Below are positions 28,641 to 39,219 of a stretch of 64,000 bases of DNA, one piece after another. Every line of letters begins with the position of its first letter. The stretch's first letter is position 1. The translations under genes and the position numbers were made by a program. A model generated the notes under the pieces. That model was not told where the DNA came from. It did no database searches and worked only from the letters and a program-made list of their open reading frames with translations. Origin of the DNA: Betaproteobacteria bacterium (GTDB lineage Bacteria > Pseudomonadota > Gammaproteobacteria > Burkholderiales > Usitatibacteraceae); NCBI GenBank assembly GCA_016791265.1, contig JAEUMY010000001.1, forward strand, positions 32,882-96,881, read 5' to 3'.

Positions 28641-29702
28641 TCAGCGCGCTCCCCGGGCGGTTTCGCGCGCCGAGCGGGCGGCGCGCACCGCGTTCACGCT
28701 GCCGTTGATGTCGGGCACGGCGATGTTGAGCGCACTGTCCTGCAAGACCTTGAGATTGGCGAGTGCGGCGGCCGTGGGCTTCGCCTGGGTGTCGAAGTAC
28801 TTCGCGACCCATGCGCGGGCCAGCTTCAGATCCTCGCGGTAATGGGTCTCGTCCCTGGCGAGCAGGGCCATGCGCGCACCGAGCAGGCGGAGCTTCAGGT
28901 TCTCTTTCAGAAAGTACGTCTGGTTCGGTGTGAGAAGCCCGGCCTCGTCCGCCCCCACCTTGCGGATGCGCATGAGCTCGCGAAGCTCGCGCCAGGCGTC
29001 ATCGGCGAGACGGCTGAACCAGCCGTCCTCGGCCTTGCGAATATTCGCGGGGGGCGCGGCAACGATGCTGGCGGGGCCGGACGCGAGGGGCAGCGTGTCG
29101 ATCTGCTGCACCAGCGCATCCAGTTTCACGGTCATGCCGCTGAGATCAACCCAGGGCAGCACCTTCAGTTTTTCCAGGTCAGCGTTGATGGCGCGGCGCA
29201 TGGCGGCCGTTTGCAACTTGTCCGCGCGGGCGAGGCGCTGGTCGGCCGACTGCAACGCGCCGATGGCCGCCTTCACATTGCCCGCGAGCGCCAGCTGTTG
29301 CGCGGCGATATTGAGCGTCTGTTCCACCTCGGCGAGCAGCCAGTCGTCGGGTGCGCGGGACAGCTCGCGATACATTTCCTCCAGCGCGATGCGCTGCGTC
29401 TGGGTGTCGGCCAACTGGGTTTCGAATTGCTCCAGCCGGTTCTGCGCTTCGATCACCTGGGTCTGCAGGCGGCGGGTGAGGGCGGCGGACTGGCTGAGTT
29501 GACGATCCAGGTCCGCCACCTTCTGCCCCAGCGCCTGCTGCACCGCCTCATCGCGCGCCTGGGTTTGCCAGGCGACCGCGATGATGCCCCCAAGCGCCAG
29601 AAGTGCGATGAGGAGCGCCGCCCAGGTCAGGGTCGATGCGCGGGCACCCTGCCGGGGCCGGGGAGAGGGGGGTAAAGGCGGGTTTGCGGTCGGGTCTTCC
29701 AT
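28641..29702 (-). CDS. hemX: HemX-like membrane protein (putative uroporphyrinogen-III C-methyltransferase family)
   Basis: Single TM helix (ALLIALLALGGIIAVAW) plus a coiled-coil periplasmic domain, located between hemD and hemY. Confidence 0.8.
   Translation of the reverse strand: MEDPTANPPLPPSPRPRQGARASTLTWAALLIALLALGGIIAVAWQTQARDEAVQQALGQKVADLDRQLSQSAALTRRLQTQVIEAQNRLEQFETQLADTQTQRIALEEMYRELSRAPDDWLLAEVEQTLNIAAQQLALAGNVKAAIGALQSADQRLARADKLQTAAMRRAINADLEKLKVLPWVDLSGMTVKLDALVQQIDTLPLASGPASIVAAPPANIRKAEDGWFSRLADDAWRELRELMRIRKVGADEAGLLTPNQTYFLKENLKLRLLGARMALLARDETHYREDLKLARAWVAKYFDTQAKPTAAALANLKVLQDSALNIAVPDINGSVNAVRAARSARETARGAR
29037..29048. repeat. GCGAATATTCGC palindrome, copy 10
   Basis: Inside hemX, read as A-N-I-R (PPANIRKAE). 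Confidence 0.95.
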
Positions 29703-29744
29703 GGCGCGATGGTGCAGTGGGATACGGTGCGTGGCAAGCGAAAA

Positions 29745-30509
29745 TCAGTGTTCGGGCGAGGCGAGCGCATGGCTGAGAGCCTCATCGCCCAGCCCGGCGA
29801 CGACGATGTCGCCGAACCCCGCGGCACGCGCAGCCTCGCCAATCCGCGCATGGGGCACGATCACCCGGCACTGTCGCAAATTGGGGGTGCCTGCCAGCAT
29901 TGCCAAGAGGGCATCCAGTGATTCGACGCTCATGATCTGGATGACATTCAGCGCGCCCGTCTCGATGGCGGCGGCGATGGCGGCGACGCGGGCCGGGTCG
30001 TGCGGCGCGGGGTCGCGACGGTAGCAGGTCGCGGCGATGACGGTCGCGCCACGCGCGGCCAGCGTCGCGGCCAGCGTTTTCCGGCCACCGCCTTCGCTTT
30101 CGCCGCGAAAGATCAGCACGGTGCGACCCTGCACGTCGCGCAGCGCGGCCATCGCGAGCAGGCTTTCGCTGTCGTGGCCATCGGCCGGAACGACGTCGAC
30201 AGCCACATTCGCGTTGGCGAGCGCGCTGGCGGTGGCCGCACCGATGGCGGCTAAGCGTGGGCCGGCTGTCGCGATGTTCCGTTCGGCCAAGGCCGCCAAA
30301 CCAAACTCGACCGCGTTGGCGCTCACGAAAATGGCGAGGTCGGCGGCGCGGTAACGAGCGAGCGCCGCATCCAGTTCGGGTGAGGCGAGCGGGGTCAGTT
30401 GCAACAGCGGCAGGTGTTCCGCGCGATGACCCGCGGCGCGCAATGCCGCCAGCGTGCGGCCGAGCTGGCGCGACGGTCGCGTGACCAGCACGCCGCGGCA
30501 GGCTGTCAT
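29745..30509 (-). CDS. hemD: uroporphyrinogen-III synthase
   Basis: 254 aa with the HemD fold pattern (VLVTRP...IFVSANAV...). It overlaps the hemC stop codon by 4 nt. Confidence 0.85.
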   Translation of the reverse strand: MTACRGVLVTRPSRQLGRTLAALRAAGHRAEHLPLLQLTPLASPELDAALARYRAADLAIFVSANAVEFGLAALAERNIATAGPRLAAIGAATASALANANVAVDVVPADGHDSESLLAMAALRDVQGRTVLIFRGESEGGGRKTLAATLAARGATVIAATCYRRDPAPHDPARVAAIAAAIETGALNVIQIMSVESLDALLAMLAGTPNLRQCRVIVPHARIGEAARAAGFGDIVVAGLGDEALSHALASPEH

Positions 30510-31456
30510 TGTTTCGCGGCGGCGAGCTGGTCGAGAATGGCGCGCGCACCGTTGGCGAGAAGTCGCTCGCCCAGCGCATGCCCCAAGGCTTTGGCCTCCT
30601 CCGGCCGGCCACTGATGGTGTCGCGCAGATGTCTCGATCCATCCGGCAGCCCGATGAAGCCTTCCAGCGTCAGCGTACGCCCGGCGTCGATGCGCGCGTG
30701 GCCGGCCAGCGGCACGTCGCAGCTGCCGAGCAGTGTGGCGCCCAGCGCGCGCTCGGCCGTCACCGCCGCCGTGGTGTGGTCGTCGGTCAGCGGGGCCAGC
30801 AGCGCGGCGACGTCGTCGCGGCCTTCGCGAAACTCGATCGCGAGCGCGCCCTGGCCGATGGCGGGCAGGCTGTCACCGGTGGAGAGCACCGAGCGGATGC
30901 GGTCTCCCAGACCCAGCCGGCGCAACCCTGCCGCCGCGAGAATGATCGCGTCGTACTGTCCCTCGTCCAGCTTGGCGAGCCGGGTGCCGACGTTTCCTCG
31001 CAGTGACCGGATTTCGAGGTGCGGGAACTTGAGCCTGAGCTGACACTCGCGGCGCAGGCTGCTCGTGCCCACAACGGCGCCCTTGGGCAGGGCGGCCAGA
31101 TGGTCGTGGCGATTCGATACAAAAGCATCCTCCGGGGTCTCGCGCTCGCCCACGGTGATCAGGGTGAAGCCCGCTGGCAGGTGGGCCGGCATGTCCTTCA
31201 TCGAGTGTACGGCGAGGTCGGCGCGGCCATCAGCGAGCGCCACTTCCAGCTCTTTGATGAACAAGCCCTTGCCGCCGATTTGCGCGAGCGGCCGGTCGAG
31301 AATCTGATCGCCCTGCGTGGTCATGCCGAGCACGTCGACCGCGAGGCCCGCATGCAGCGCCATGAGCCGCGCTCGTATCATGTGGGTTTGAACCAGCGCG
31401 AGCTTGCTTTCACGCGAGGCGATGACAATTTTTGCGATCGGTGCGGGAGCGTTCAT
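30506..31456 (-). CDS. hemC: hydroxymethylbilane synthase (porphobilinogen deaminase)
   Basis: Start at MNAPAPIAKIVIASRESKLALVQT, which matches the position of the conserved N-terminus. GKGLFIKELE and other HemC motifs are present. Confidence 0.9.
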   Translation of the reverse strand: MNAPAPIAKIVIASRESKLALVQTHMIRARLMALHAGLAVDVLGMTTQGDQILDRPLAQIGGKGLFIKELEVALADGRADLAVHSMKDMPAHLPAGFTLITVGERETPEDAFVSNRHDHLAALPKGAVVGTSSLRRECQLRLKFPHLEIRSLRGNVGTRLAKLDEGQYDAIILAAAGLRRLGLGDRIRSVLSTGDSLPAIGQGALAIEFREGRDDVAALLAPLTDDHTTAAVTAERALGATLLGSCDVPLAGHARIDAGRTLTLEGFIGLPDGSRHLRDTISGRPEEAKALGHALGERLLANGARAILDQLAAAKQ

Positions 31457-31458
31457 CA

Positions 31459-31470
31459 GCGAATATTCGC
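31459..31470. repeat. GCGAATATTCGC palindrome, copy 11
   Basis: Occupies -14..-3 relative to the hemC start codon (31454-31456, minus strand). Confidence 0.95.
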
Positions 31471-31555
31471 AAGGTGCGGCGCGCGAATGTGGCGAGGGTG
31501 CGGGAGCGGGCGATGGTAGCACGCAGCCTGCGGCGGCCTTCCGCCTGAAGACACC

Positions 31556-31975
31556 ATGGAATCCCTGACTTCACCCGAAGCCGGATTGACAGGCCTCTTT
31601 CTCTCGGCGTTTTTGGCGGCGACGTTGCTGCCCGGCGGGTCCGAGGTCGCCTTCGTCGCGTTCGTGAGCTGGCAACCCGCGTCGGCGTGGACGGCGCTGG
31701 GTGTGGCGACGCTGGGCAATACGCTGGGCGGCCTCACCTCGGTGTGGCTGGGGCGACGCCTCCCAGAGGCGCCCGCCGGACGCCACTTTCCACGACTGGA
31801 TCGGTGGATGAAGCGTCACGGCGCATTCACCCTGCTTCTGGCCTGGCTGCCGGTCGTGGGCGATGCACTCTGCGTGTTGGCGGGCTGGCGCCGTGTGCCG
31901 TGGGGGCCGGCCACGCTGTGCATGGGCCTGGGCAAGGGGCTCCGCTACCTTGCCCTGCTCGTCTGGGTCGGCTGA
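31556..31975 (+). CDS. YqaA/DedA-family membrane protein
   Basis: 139 aa, with FLSAFLAATLLPGGSEV and the LLLAWLPVVGDAL motif. Confidence 0.8.
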   Translation: MESLTSPEAGLTGLFLSAFLAATLLPGGSEVAFVAFVSWQPASAWTALGVATLGNTLGGLTSVWLGRRLPEAPAGRHFPRLDRWMKRHGAFTLLLAWLPVVGDALCVLAGWRRVPWGPATLCMGLGKGLRYLALLVWVG

Positions 31976-32098
31976 GTCGCATAGGCACACGAAACAGTCG
32001 GGTATGCCGCTCTGGATCATTGCTGCGCTGCGGTAAACTCGTTATTGCCCACCCGTGCGGGTGGCGATCTGGCCCGTTCATGAGAGCGAATCGTCGCA

Positions 32099-35000
32099 AT
32101 GGATCATCCCGCGAGAGCCTTGTTGCATCCTGAGTCCCCGCCTGTCGCGGAACGCGCCTGCGCGCGCCTGCGCGAGATTCCCTACAACTACACGTCGTTC
32201 TCCGACCGCGAAATCATCATTCGCCTCCTGGGTGAGGACACGTGGCGCATTCTTGATGAACTCCGCGCGGAGCGGCGCACCGGCCGCTCCGCGCGCATGC
32301 TGTACGAGGTGCTGGGCGATATTTGGGCGGTGGAGCGTAATCCGTACTTGCAGGATGACTTGCTCGACAATCCCAAGCGCCGGCTGGCGTTGGTCGAGGC
32401 GATGCGCCATCGCCTGCGCGAGATCGAGCGCCGCCGCCAGGGCGACCGCGACCCCGAGTCGCTGCCGCGCTCGGAAAAAGTCGCGCGACTGCTCAAGGAA
32501 GCGCATGCGGCGGTCAGTCGCTTCGAGAACGATTTCGCCGAGACCTGGAAGTTGCGCAAGAAAGTGATGTCGCGCCTCGCCCGCGTCACGCGCAAGGACA
32601 ATGTCCAGTTCGATGGCCTGGCCCGCGTCTCGCACGTCACCGACGCCACCGACTGGCGCGTCGAGTATCCCTTCGTGGTCGTGCATCCGGACACGGAGGA
32701 AGAGTGCCAGCCGATCGTGAAGGCCTGCATCGAGCTGGGGCTCACATTGATTCCGCGCGGTGGTGGCACGGGCTACACCGGCGGCGCCATTCCGCTGACG
32801 CGATTGTCCGCGGTGATCAATACGGAGAAGCTGGATCGCTTGGGCAGCGTCATGCCGAAGGCGCTGCCCGGCGTGGACAAACCCGTGCCCACATTGCATT
32901 GTGGTGCGGGTGTGGTGACCCGGCGCGCGATGGAGGCCGCGGAAGCGGCCGGACTGGTGTGGGCCTGCGATCCCACCTCGGCCGATGCGTCGTGCATTGG
33001 CGGCAACATCGCCATGAATGCCGGCGGCAAGAAGGCCGTGCTGTGGGGAACGGCGCTCGACAATCTCGCGTCGTGGCGCATGGTCACGCCGGACGCCGAC
33101 TGGCTGGAAGTGGAACGGCTGGACCACAACCTCGGCAAGATTCACGACATCGATGTCGCGCGTTTCCGCGTGCGCCGCTTTGAAGCCAGGAGCGACGGCA
33201 GTCCAGGCGCGCAAAAGTCGGAAGAGGTTCTGGACATTCCCGGCCGCACGTTCCGCAAGGCCGGGCTTGGCAAGGACGTCACCGACAAGTTCCTGGCGGG
33301 CCTGCCCGGCGTGCAAAAGGAAGGCTGCGACGGCCTCATCACCTCGGCGACGTTCATCGTGCATCGCATGCCTGCGAATATTCGCACCGTGTGCCTGGAG
33401 TTTTTCGGCAACGCCAAGGAGGCGGTGCCGGCCATTGTCGAGATCAAGAACTATCTCGACCAGCATCCCAAGGCGATCCTCGCCGGTCTGGAGCATCTCG
33501 ACGCCCGCTATCTCAAGGCCATCGGCTACGCGACCAAAGCGCATCGCCACGGCACGCCGAAGATGGTGCTGGTCGGCGACATTGTGAGCGATGACGAAAA
33601 AGCGGTGATGGAGGCGGCCAGTCAGGTCGTGAAGCTGGCCAATGCGCGCCACGGCGAGGGTTTTATCGCGGTGACGGCCGAGACGCGCAAGAAATTCTGG
33701 CTGGACCGTGCGCGCACGGCCGCCATCGCGAAACACACCAACGCGTTCAAGATCAACGAGGACGTGGTCATTCCGCTGGATCGTCTTGGCGAATATTCGG
33801 AAGGCATCGAGCGCATCAACATCGAGCTTTCCATCGGCAACAAGCTGAAGCTCGCCGATGAGCTGGAACAGTTCTTCACCGGCGATCTGCCGCTGGCGCA
33901 GGAAGGCGAAGTGCTGCCCAGCGCGGAAGTGATCGGTGATCGCGCCGACACCGCGCTGGCCCTGGTGCGGTCGACGCGTGAACGCTGGGACGCCTTGTTG
34001 GCGGGGCTGGATGCGCCGTCGCCGGATCATCCGGGCCGCACCGGCTTTTCCGTGCTGCAGGATCACACCGCGCGCGTGTCGTGGAAGGCGGAGCTGAAGA
34101 CGCCACTGGAGCAGATCTTCACCGGCCGTGACTTCACGCCCATCCTGAAACGCTGCGAGGAGATCCACAAGCGGGTGCTGAAGAGTCGCGTATTCGTGGC
34201 GCTGCACATGCACGCCGGCGACGGCAACGTGCATACCAACATCCCCGTCAATTCCGACGACTACGCGATGCTGCAGGAAGCCAATACGGCGGTCGCGCGC
34301 ATCATGGCGTTCGCGCGCAGCCTGGGCGGCGTCATCTCGGGCGAGCACGGTATCGGCATCACCAAGTTCGAATTCCTGACGCCGGAGGAGGTCGCACCCT
34401 TCACCGCGTACAAGCAACGCATCGATCCCACGGGGCGATTCAACAAGGGTAAGCTGTTGATCGGCGCGGACCTGCATCGCGCCTACACGCCCAGCTTCAG
34501 CCTGCTCGGCGCCGAGTCGCTCATCATGGAACAGAGCGACATCGGCCAGATCGCCGACTCCATCAAGGACTGCCTGCGCTGTGGCAAGTGCAAGCCGGTG
34601 TGTTCGACGCATGTGCCGCGCGCCAACCTGCTCTACAGCCCGCGCAACAAGGTGCTCGCCACTTCGCTGCTCATCGAAGCGTTCCTGTACGAGGAGCAGA
34701 CAAGGCGCGGCGTGTCCTTGCGCCACTTCGACGAGTTCGGTGACGTGGCGGACCATTGCACGGTCTGCCACAAATGCGAGAACCCATGCCCGGTGGACAT
34801 CGACTTCGGCGACGTGTCCATCGCCATGCGCAATCTCCTGCGCAAGGAAGGGAAGACCAAGTTCAACCCGGGCGCCAAGGCTGCGATGTTCTATCTCAAC
34901 GCCACCGACCCCGCCACCATCAAGCTGGTGAAGACGGTGATGATTGATTGGGGCTACAAGCTGCAGCGTCTTGGTCACAGCATCGGTCGCAAGTTCCTGC

Positions 35001-35977
35001 TCCCGCAGTTGCAGACCCGCCGCCCGCCGGCCACCGTGGGCAAGCCGGCCATCAAGGCGCAGGTCATCCACTTCATCAACAAACCCATGCCGGGCAACCT
35101 GCCCAAGAAGACGGCGCGCGCGCTTCTCGACATCGAGGACGACGCGGTGGTGCCCATCATCCGCGACGTGACGAAGGTCACGGAGGATTCGGACGCGGTG
35201 TTCTACTTCCCCGGCTGCGGCTCGGAGCGGCTGTTCGGCCAGGTGGGGCTCGCCACGCAGGCCATGCTGTTCGATCTCGGCGTGCAGACCGTGCTGCCGC
35301 CCGGCTACCTCTGCTGCGGCTATCCGCAGACCGCCTCGGGCAACCACGACAAAGGGCAGCAGATCACCACCGACAACCGCGTGTTGTTCCACCGTGTGGC
35401 CAACACGTTGAACTATCTCGACATCAAGACCGTCATCGTGTCCTGCGGCACGTGCATGGACCAATTGTCGAAGTATGAATTCGAGAAAATCTTTCCCGGC
35501 TGCCGCCTCCTGGATATCCACGAGTACCTGATGGAGAAAGGCGTGAAGCTCGATGGCGTGGAAGGCGTGCGCTACATGTATCACGACCCCTGCCACACGC
35601 CCATGAAAACGCACCAGCCCATCAAGGTGGTGAATCAGCTCATGGGAACGCCGGTGGCGCTGAACGACCGCTGCTGTGGCGAGTCCGGCACCCTGGCCGC
35701 CACCCGACCCGACATCTCCACCCAGGTCCGCTTCCGCAAGGAAGAGGAAATGAAGAAGGGTGTTGCGAATATTCGCACCAGTGGCTTCGAGGGCAAGGTG
35801 AAAGTGCTCACCTCTTGTCCGTCCTGCCTGCAGGGCCTCTCTCGTTACGACAATGACAGCGGCACCACGGCTGACTACATCGTGGTCGAAATGGCGAAGC
35901 ATCTGCTAGGCAAGGACTGGATGAAGCAGTACGTCGCGCGGGCCAATGACGGCGGCATCGAAAGAGTATTGCTCTGA
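32099..35977 (+). CDS. fused DUF3683 / FAD-linked oxidase (GlcD-like) / Fe-S CCG-domain (GlcF-like) oxidoreductase
   Basis: 1292 aa. N-terminal [13 protein letters not shown] domain, then FAD_binding_4 ([11 protein letters not shown]), then two ferredoxin-type motifs [11 protein letters not shown] and [12 protein letters not shown], then Cys-rich CCG repeats (FPGCGSE, HDPCH). Confidence 0.9.
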   Translation: MDHPARALLHPESPPVAERACARLREIPYNYTSFSDREIIIRLLGEDTWRILDELRAERRTGRSARMLYEVLGDIWAVERNPYLQDDLLDNPKRRLALVEAMRHRLREIERRRQGDRDPESLPRSEKVARLLKEAHAAVSRFENDFAETWKLRKKVMSRLARVTRKDNVQFDGLARVSHVTDATDWRVEYPFVVVHPDTEEECQPIVKACIELGLTLIPRGGGTGYTGGAIPLTRLSAVINTEKLDRLGSVMPKALPGVDKPVPTLHCGAGVVTRRAMEAAEAAGLVWACDPTSADASCIGGNIAMNAGGKKAVLWGTALDNLASWRMVTPDADWLEVERLDHNLGKIHDIDVARFRVRRFEARSDGSPGAQKSEEVLDIPGRTFRKAGLGKDVTDKFLAGLPGVQKEGCDGLITSATFIVHRMPANIRTVCLEFFGNAKEAVPAIVEIKNYLDQHPKAILAGLEHLDARYLKAIGYATKAHRHGTPKMVLVGDIVSDDEKAVMEAASQVVKLANARHGEGFIAVTAETRKKFWLDRARTAAIAKHTNAFKINEDVVIPLDRLGEYSEGIERINIELSIGNKLKLADELEQFFTGDLPLAQEGEVLPSAEVIGDRADTALALVRSTRERWDALLAGLDAPSPDHPGRTGFSVLQDHTARVSWKAELKTPLEQIFTGRDFTPILKRCEEIHKRVLKSRVFVALHMHAGDGNVHTNIPVNSDDYAMLQEANTAVARIMAFARSLGGVISGEHGIGITKFEFLTPEEVAPFTAYKQRIDPTGRFNKGKLLIGADLHRAYTPSFSLLGAESLIMEQSDIGQIADSIKDCLRCGKCKPVCSTHVPRANLLYSPRNKVLATSLLIEAFLYEEQTRRGVSLRHFDEFGDVADHCTVCHKCENPCPVDIDFGDVSIAMRNLLRKEGKTKFNPGAKAAMFYLNATDPATIKLVKTVMIDWGYKLQRLGHSIGRKFLLPQLQTRRPPATVGKPAIKAQVIHFINKPMPGNLPKKTARALLDIEDDAVVPIIRDVTKVTEDSDAVFYFPGCGSERLFGQVGLATQAMLFDLGVQTVLPPGYLCCGYPQTASGNHDKGQQITTDNRVLFHRVANTLNYLDIKTVIVSCGTCMDQLSKYEFEKIFPGCRLLDIHEYLMEKGVKLDGVEGVRYMYHDPCHTPMKTHQPIKVVNQLMGTPVALNDRCCGESGTLAATRPDISTQVRFRKEEEMKKGVANIRTSGFEGKVKVLTSCPSCLQGLSRYDNDSGTTADYIVVEMAKHLLGKDWMKQYVARANDGGIERVLL
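33374..33385. repeat. GCGAATATTCGC palindrome, copy 12
   Basis: Inside the fused oxidoreductase gene, read as A-N-I-R (MPANIRTV). 14-bp form. Confidence 0.95.
33789..33800. repeat. one-mismatch variant GCGAATATTCGG
   Basis: Inside the fused oxidoreductase gene (LGEYSEG). The last base is G instead of C. Confidence 0.7.
35765..35776. repeat. GCGAATATTCGC palindrome, copy 13
   Basis: Inside the same oxidoreductase gene, read as A-N-I-R (GVANIRTS). 14-bp form. Confidence 0.95.
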
Positions 35978-36131
35978 CGGCGCCGCATCGGAGTGGCTGC
36001 CGTCGCCGTATCACGACAGAGGCGCCCTAGGGGAACCTCCCAGTGGACAAAACAGCCCGCAGGGGACATAGTGCCGGGCTGATCCCGGCGGCCACAAGCC
36101 GCCTCCCATCACTCACCATTTCGTCGCCGAC

Positions 36132-39100
36132 ATGATGATCTCAATTCGTTCCCTCACCCTCGTTCTCTCGGCATCCTTGGCCGGGTTCCTGTCCGCGTGC
36201 GCCGTGCAGCCGGCCACGCACCAGCAAGTCGCGGAGTACAAACCCGCGGCCGGCTTCGAGTCGGCGACCAAGCGGTCGGTGCCGCGCGAGCAACGCAAGC
36301 GCGAGCGCGCCAAGATTTCCGCCCAGTACCACCTGGAGATGGAGGCCGACGAGAACGGACCGCCCAGTGCGGCGCAGTTGTTCCGCGCGCTGGCGCAACG
36401 CGAGTCGCTGGTGCGTTCGCCGCTGGACACCGCCGCCAAGTTGGCCGGCGTGACCTCGGCCACGTGGCAGGAGTTGGGGCCCGGCAATATCGGCGGACGG
36501 CTGCGCACCATCGCCATCGATCCGCGCAACGCCTCGCGAATTTTCGTGGGTGCCGCCTCGGGCGGCATCTGGCTGTCGGAGAACGCCGGCGGCTCCTGGC
36601 GGCCGATCAATGATTTCCTGGGAAGCCTCTCCGTGACGACGTTGGTGTTCGATCCCGCGAATCCGAACATCATGTTCGCCGGCACGGGCGAGGGCAGCGC
36701 AGGTCTGGTGGGTGTGGGCCTGTTCAAATCGACCGACAGCGGCCTCACCTGGAATTACCTCGCCAACACCACGCCGGACAACGATCAGGATTGGCGCTTC
36801 GTGAACCGCATCGCCATCCATCCCCAGCAGACCAACATCATGCTGGTCGGCACCACCAACGGCAACAACCGTGCGAACGGTGCGATCTTCCGCACCATCG
36901 ACGGGGGCAATTCCTGGACAAAGGTTGCGACCTTCAAGACGCCGGACATCCAGTTCGACCCGAACAATCCCAGCCAGGCCGTTGCCGGCCGCGAGGATGG
37001 CTTCATTTCCTATTCGCGGGACGCAGGCGCCACCTGGCAGGCGACCGCCCAACTCGTCACCAACCTGAACAACAACAACACCGGCCGCGCCGAAATCGCC
37101 TGGTCGCGCGGTCAGCCCAATCTGGTCTACGCGTCCATCGATCACAGCGAAGGGCAGGTGTGGAAGTCCGAGGACGCCGGCGCCACCTGGACGCAGACCG
37201 CAAATCCCAAGCACCTTCGTGATCAGGGCGACTACGACAACGCCATCTGGGCGGACCCGACCGATTCGCTGCACGTCATCACCGGAGGCATCGATCTTTA
37301 CCAGTCGCGTGACGGGGGTCTCAACTTCACCCGCATCAGCACGTGGCAAGCCTGGCCGCAATCGCCACACGCCGATCAGCATGCCATCGCGGCCGTTCCC
37401 GGATTTTCGGCCAACAACCCCGTGGTCTACTTCGGCAACGACGGCGGCATCTATCGCGCCGACAACATTTTCCAGGTCAACAACGGCAGCTCGTCGACCA
37501 CCAACGGCTGGCGCAATCTCAACAACGGGTTGGGCGTGACCCAGTTCTACGGCGGCGCCGGCAACCGCGCGGCGGGCGGCAAGATCATCGGCGGCACGCA
37601 GGACAACGGCTCCTTGCAACTGGGCACCGGTTCCAACTGGTTCATGTGGGCGGGTGGTGACGGCGGCTTCTCCGCGGTCGATCCGGTCGATGACCGCACC
37701 ATTTACGGTGAATACGTCTATCTCTCGCTTCACCGATCGGTCGATGGCGGCACGCGCCAGTACATCTGCTCAGGTATCACCGAAGGGCTGAAGGCAGTCG
37801 AGGGCGGCAATACCTACTGCGGCGCGAATGCCACGCAGAAGGCCAACTTCATCGCGCCCTTCATTCTCGATCCCAATAATCGGGAGCGCATGCTGGCGGG
37901 CGCCAATTCGCTGTGGGTGTCGAACAATGTGAAGGCCGCGGCGCCGAGCTGGACCGCCATCAAGCCGCCCATCGGCGGCGACGCGGGCACCAACTACATC
38001 AATGCGATCGCAGTGGCCGAAGGCAATGCCAACATTGTCTGGGTCGGCCACAATGGCGGCCAGGTGTTCAAGTCAGTCAACGGTCTTGCTGCCGCGCCAA
38101 ACTGGACGCAAATGAATGGACTCCCCAGCCGCCAGGTGGCGCGCATCCTCATTCATCCGACCAATCACAATAACGTGATCGTGTCCTACACCGGCTTCGC
38201 CGCGTCCAATCTCTGGCAGACGCTGGACGGTGGCGCCACCTGGTCCTCCGCCATCATGTCCAACCTGCCAGCGGCGCCGATCTTCTCCGTCGCGCGTCAT
38301 CCCAACAAGGACACCTGGCTTTATGTCGGCACCTCGGTGGGCCTCTTTGCCAGCGAAAACGGCGGCCAGTCCTGGTCCACCAGCAACGACGGCCCGGCCA
38401 ACGTGCGTGTGCGCGATCTCTTTTGGTACAGCAACACCGAACTCGTCGCGGCCACCTATGGCCGCGGCATGTACAAGGCGACCATCAACCGTCCCGGCCC
38501 GGACAATTACCAAGGCGCGTGGTGGGCCGGCGCCAGCGAAAACGGCTGGGGCCTGTCGTTTGTCCAGCACGGCCAGACGCTCGCGGCAGGGTGGTACTAC
38601 TTCAATGCGCAGGGTCAGCCCACCTGGGCCATCGTGCCAGGTTGCAGCTGGGATGCTTCTTTCACCACCTGCACGGGCAACGTGACCGCCTCCACCGGAA
38701 GCTGGCTCGGGAACTACACTGGCATCCTCACCCAGAACGTCATTGGCACCGTGACGTTCAGCTTCACCAGTGCGACAGCCGGCACGATGAGTTGGAACAT
38801 AGGGGGCCAGCAGGCCACCAAGTCCATCAGCAAGATCAACTACAATTCGGGCGCCTCCCCCTCCGGCATCGACTACACCGACATCTGGTGGGGCGGCCAG
38901 GCGCAGAACGGCTGGGGCGTGGCCTTGCTGCAACAAGGCGGTATCCTCGCTGGGTCGTGGTACACCTACAACCAGCAGAACCAGCCGGTGTGGTACCTGA
39001 TCAATGGCGGCAGCTGGACCAGTCCGAGTGTATTCACGGCGCCGTTGACGCGCGCCACCGGCTCGCCGTTGATTGGCGCAACCTACAACCCTTCCGCGCT

Positions 39101-39218
39101 TGCTTCAACCAATGCGGGCACGATCACGATCACTTTCACCGACGCGGCGAATGCCACCATGAACTACACCGTTGACGGCGTGACCCAGACCAAGTCGATC
39201 ACGCGGCTGGCGTTCTGA
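36132..39218 (+). CDS. large lipoprotein with BNR/Asp-box beta-propeller repeats and two C-terminal WW..GWG modules
   Basis: Lipobox LAGFLSAC. There are at least 7 S-x-D-x-G-x-T-W type repeats (STDSGLTW, TIDGGNSW, SRDAGATW, SEDAGATW, TLDGGATW, SENGGQSW...). The C-terminal ~115-aa module is duplicated. Confidence 0.85.
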   Translation: MMISIRSLTLVLSASLAGFLSACAVQPATHQQVAEYKPAAGFESATKRSVPREQRKRERAKISAQYHLEMEADENGPPSAAQLFRALAQRESLVRSPLDTAAKLAGVTSATWQELGPGNIGGRLRTIAIDPRNASRIFVGAASGGIWLSENAGGSWRPINDFLGSLSVTTLVFDPANPNIMFAGTGEGSAGLVGVGLFKSTDSGLTWNYLANTTPDNDQDWRFVNRIAIHPQQTNIMLVGTTNGNNRANGAIFRTIDGGNSWTKVATFKTPDIQFDPNNPSQAVAGREDGFISYSRDAGATWQATAQLVTNLNNNNTGRAEIAWSRGQPNLVYASIDHSEGQVWKSEDAGATWTQTANPKHLRDQGDYDNAIWADPTDSLHVITGGIDLYQSRDGGLNFTRISTWQAWPQSPHADQHAIAAVPGFSANNPVVYFGNDGGIYRADNIFQVNNGSSSTTNGWRNLNNGLGVTQFYGGAGNRAAGGKIIGGTQDNGSLQLGTGSNWFMWAGGDGGFSAVDPVDDRTIYGEYVYLSLHRSVDGGTRQYICSGITEGLKAVEGGNTYCGANATQKANFIAPFILDPNNRERMLAGANSLWVSNNVKAAAPSWTAIKPPIGGDAGTNYINAIAVAEGNANIVWVGHNGGQVFKSVNGLAAAPNWTQMNGLPSRQVARILIHPTNHNNVIVSYTGFAASNLWQTLDGGATWSSAIMSNLPAAPIFSVARHPNKDTWLYVGTSVGLFASENGGQSWSTSNDGPANVRVRDLFWYSNTELVAATYGRGMYKATINRPGPDNYQGAWWAGASENGWGLSFVQHGQTLAAGWYYFNAQGQPTWAIVPGCSWDASFTTCTGNVTASTGSWLGNYTGILTQNVIGTVTFSFTSATAGTMSWNIGGQQATKSISKINYNSGASPSGIDYTDIWWGGQAQNGWGVALLQQGGILAGSWYTYNQQNQPVWYLINGGSWTSPSVFTAPLTRATGSPLIGATYNPSALASTNAGTITITFTDAANATMNYTVDGVTQTKSITRLAF

Positions 39219-39219
39219 G

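Noticed and set aside
32078-35902. 1274-aa ORF on the minus strand, almost as long as the 1292-aa oxidoreductase gene it overlaps
   Set aside because: Its codons are in exact register with the sense codons (32099-32078 = 21). It stays open simply because the sense gene uses no TTA, CTA or TCA codons, which is expected at very high GC3. The translation is Arg/Ala/Gly/His-rich low-complexity sequence with no motifs, whereas the plus-strand product has full GlcD/GlcF-type domains.
36141-37733. 530-aa minus-strand ORF
   Set aside because: It lies antisense to the BNR-repeat lipoprotein gene. It shows no motifs and the Arg/Gly/Ala-rich composition typical of shadows.
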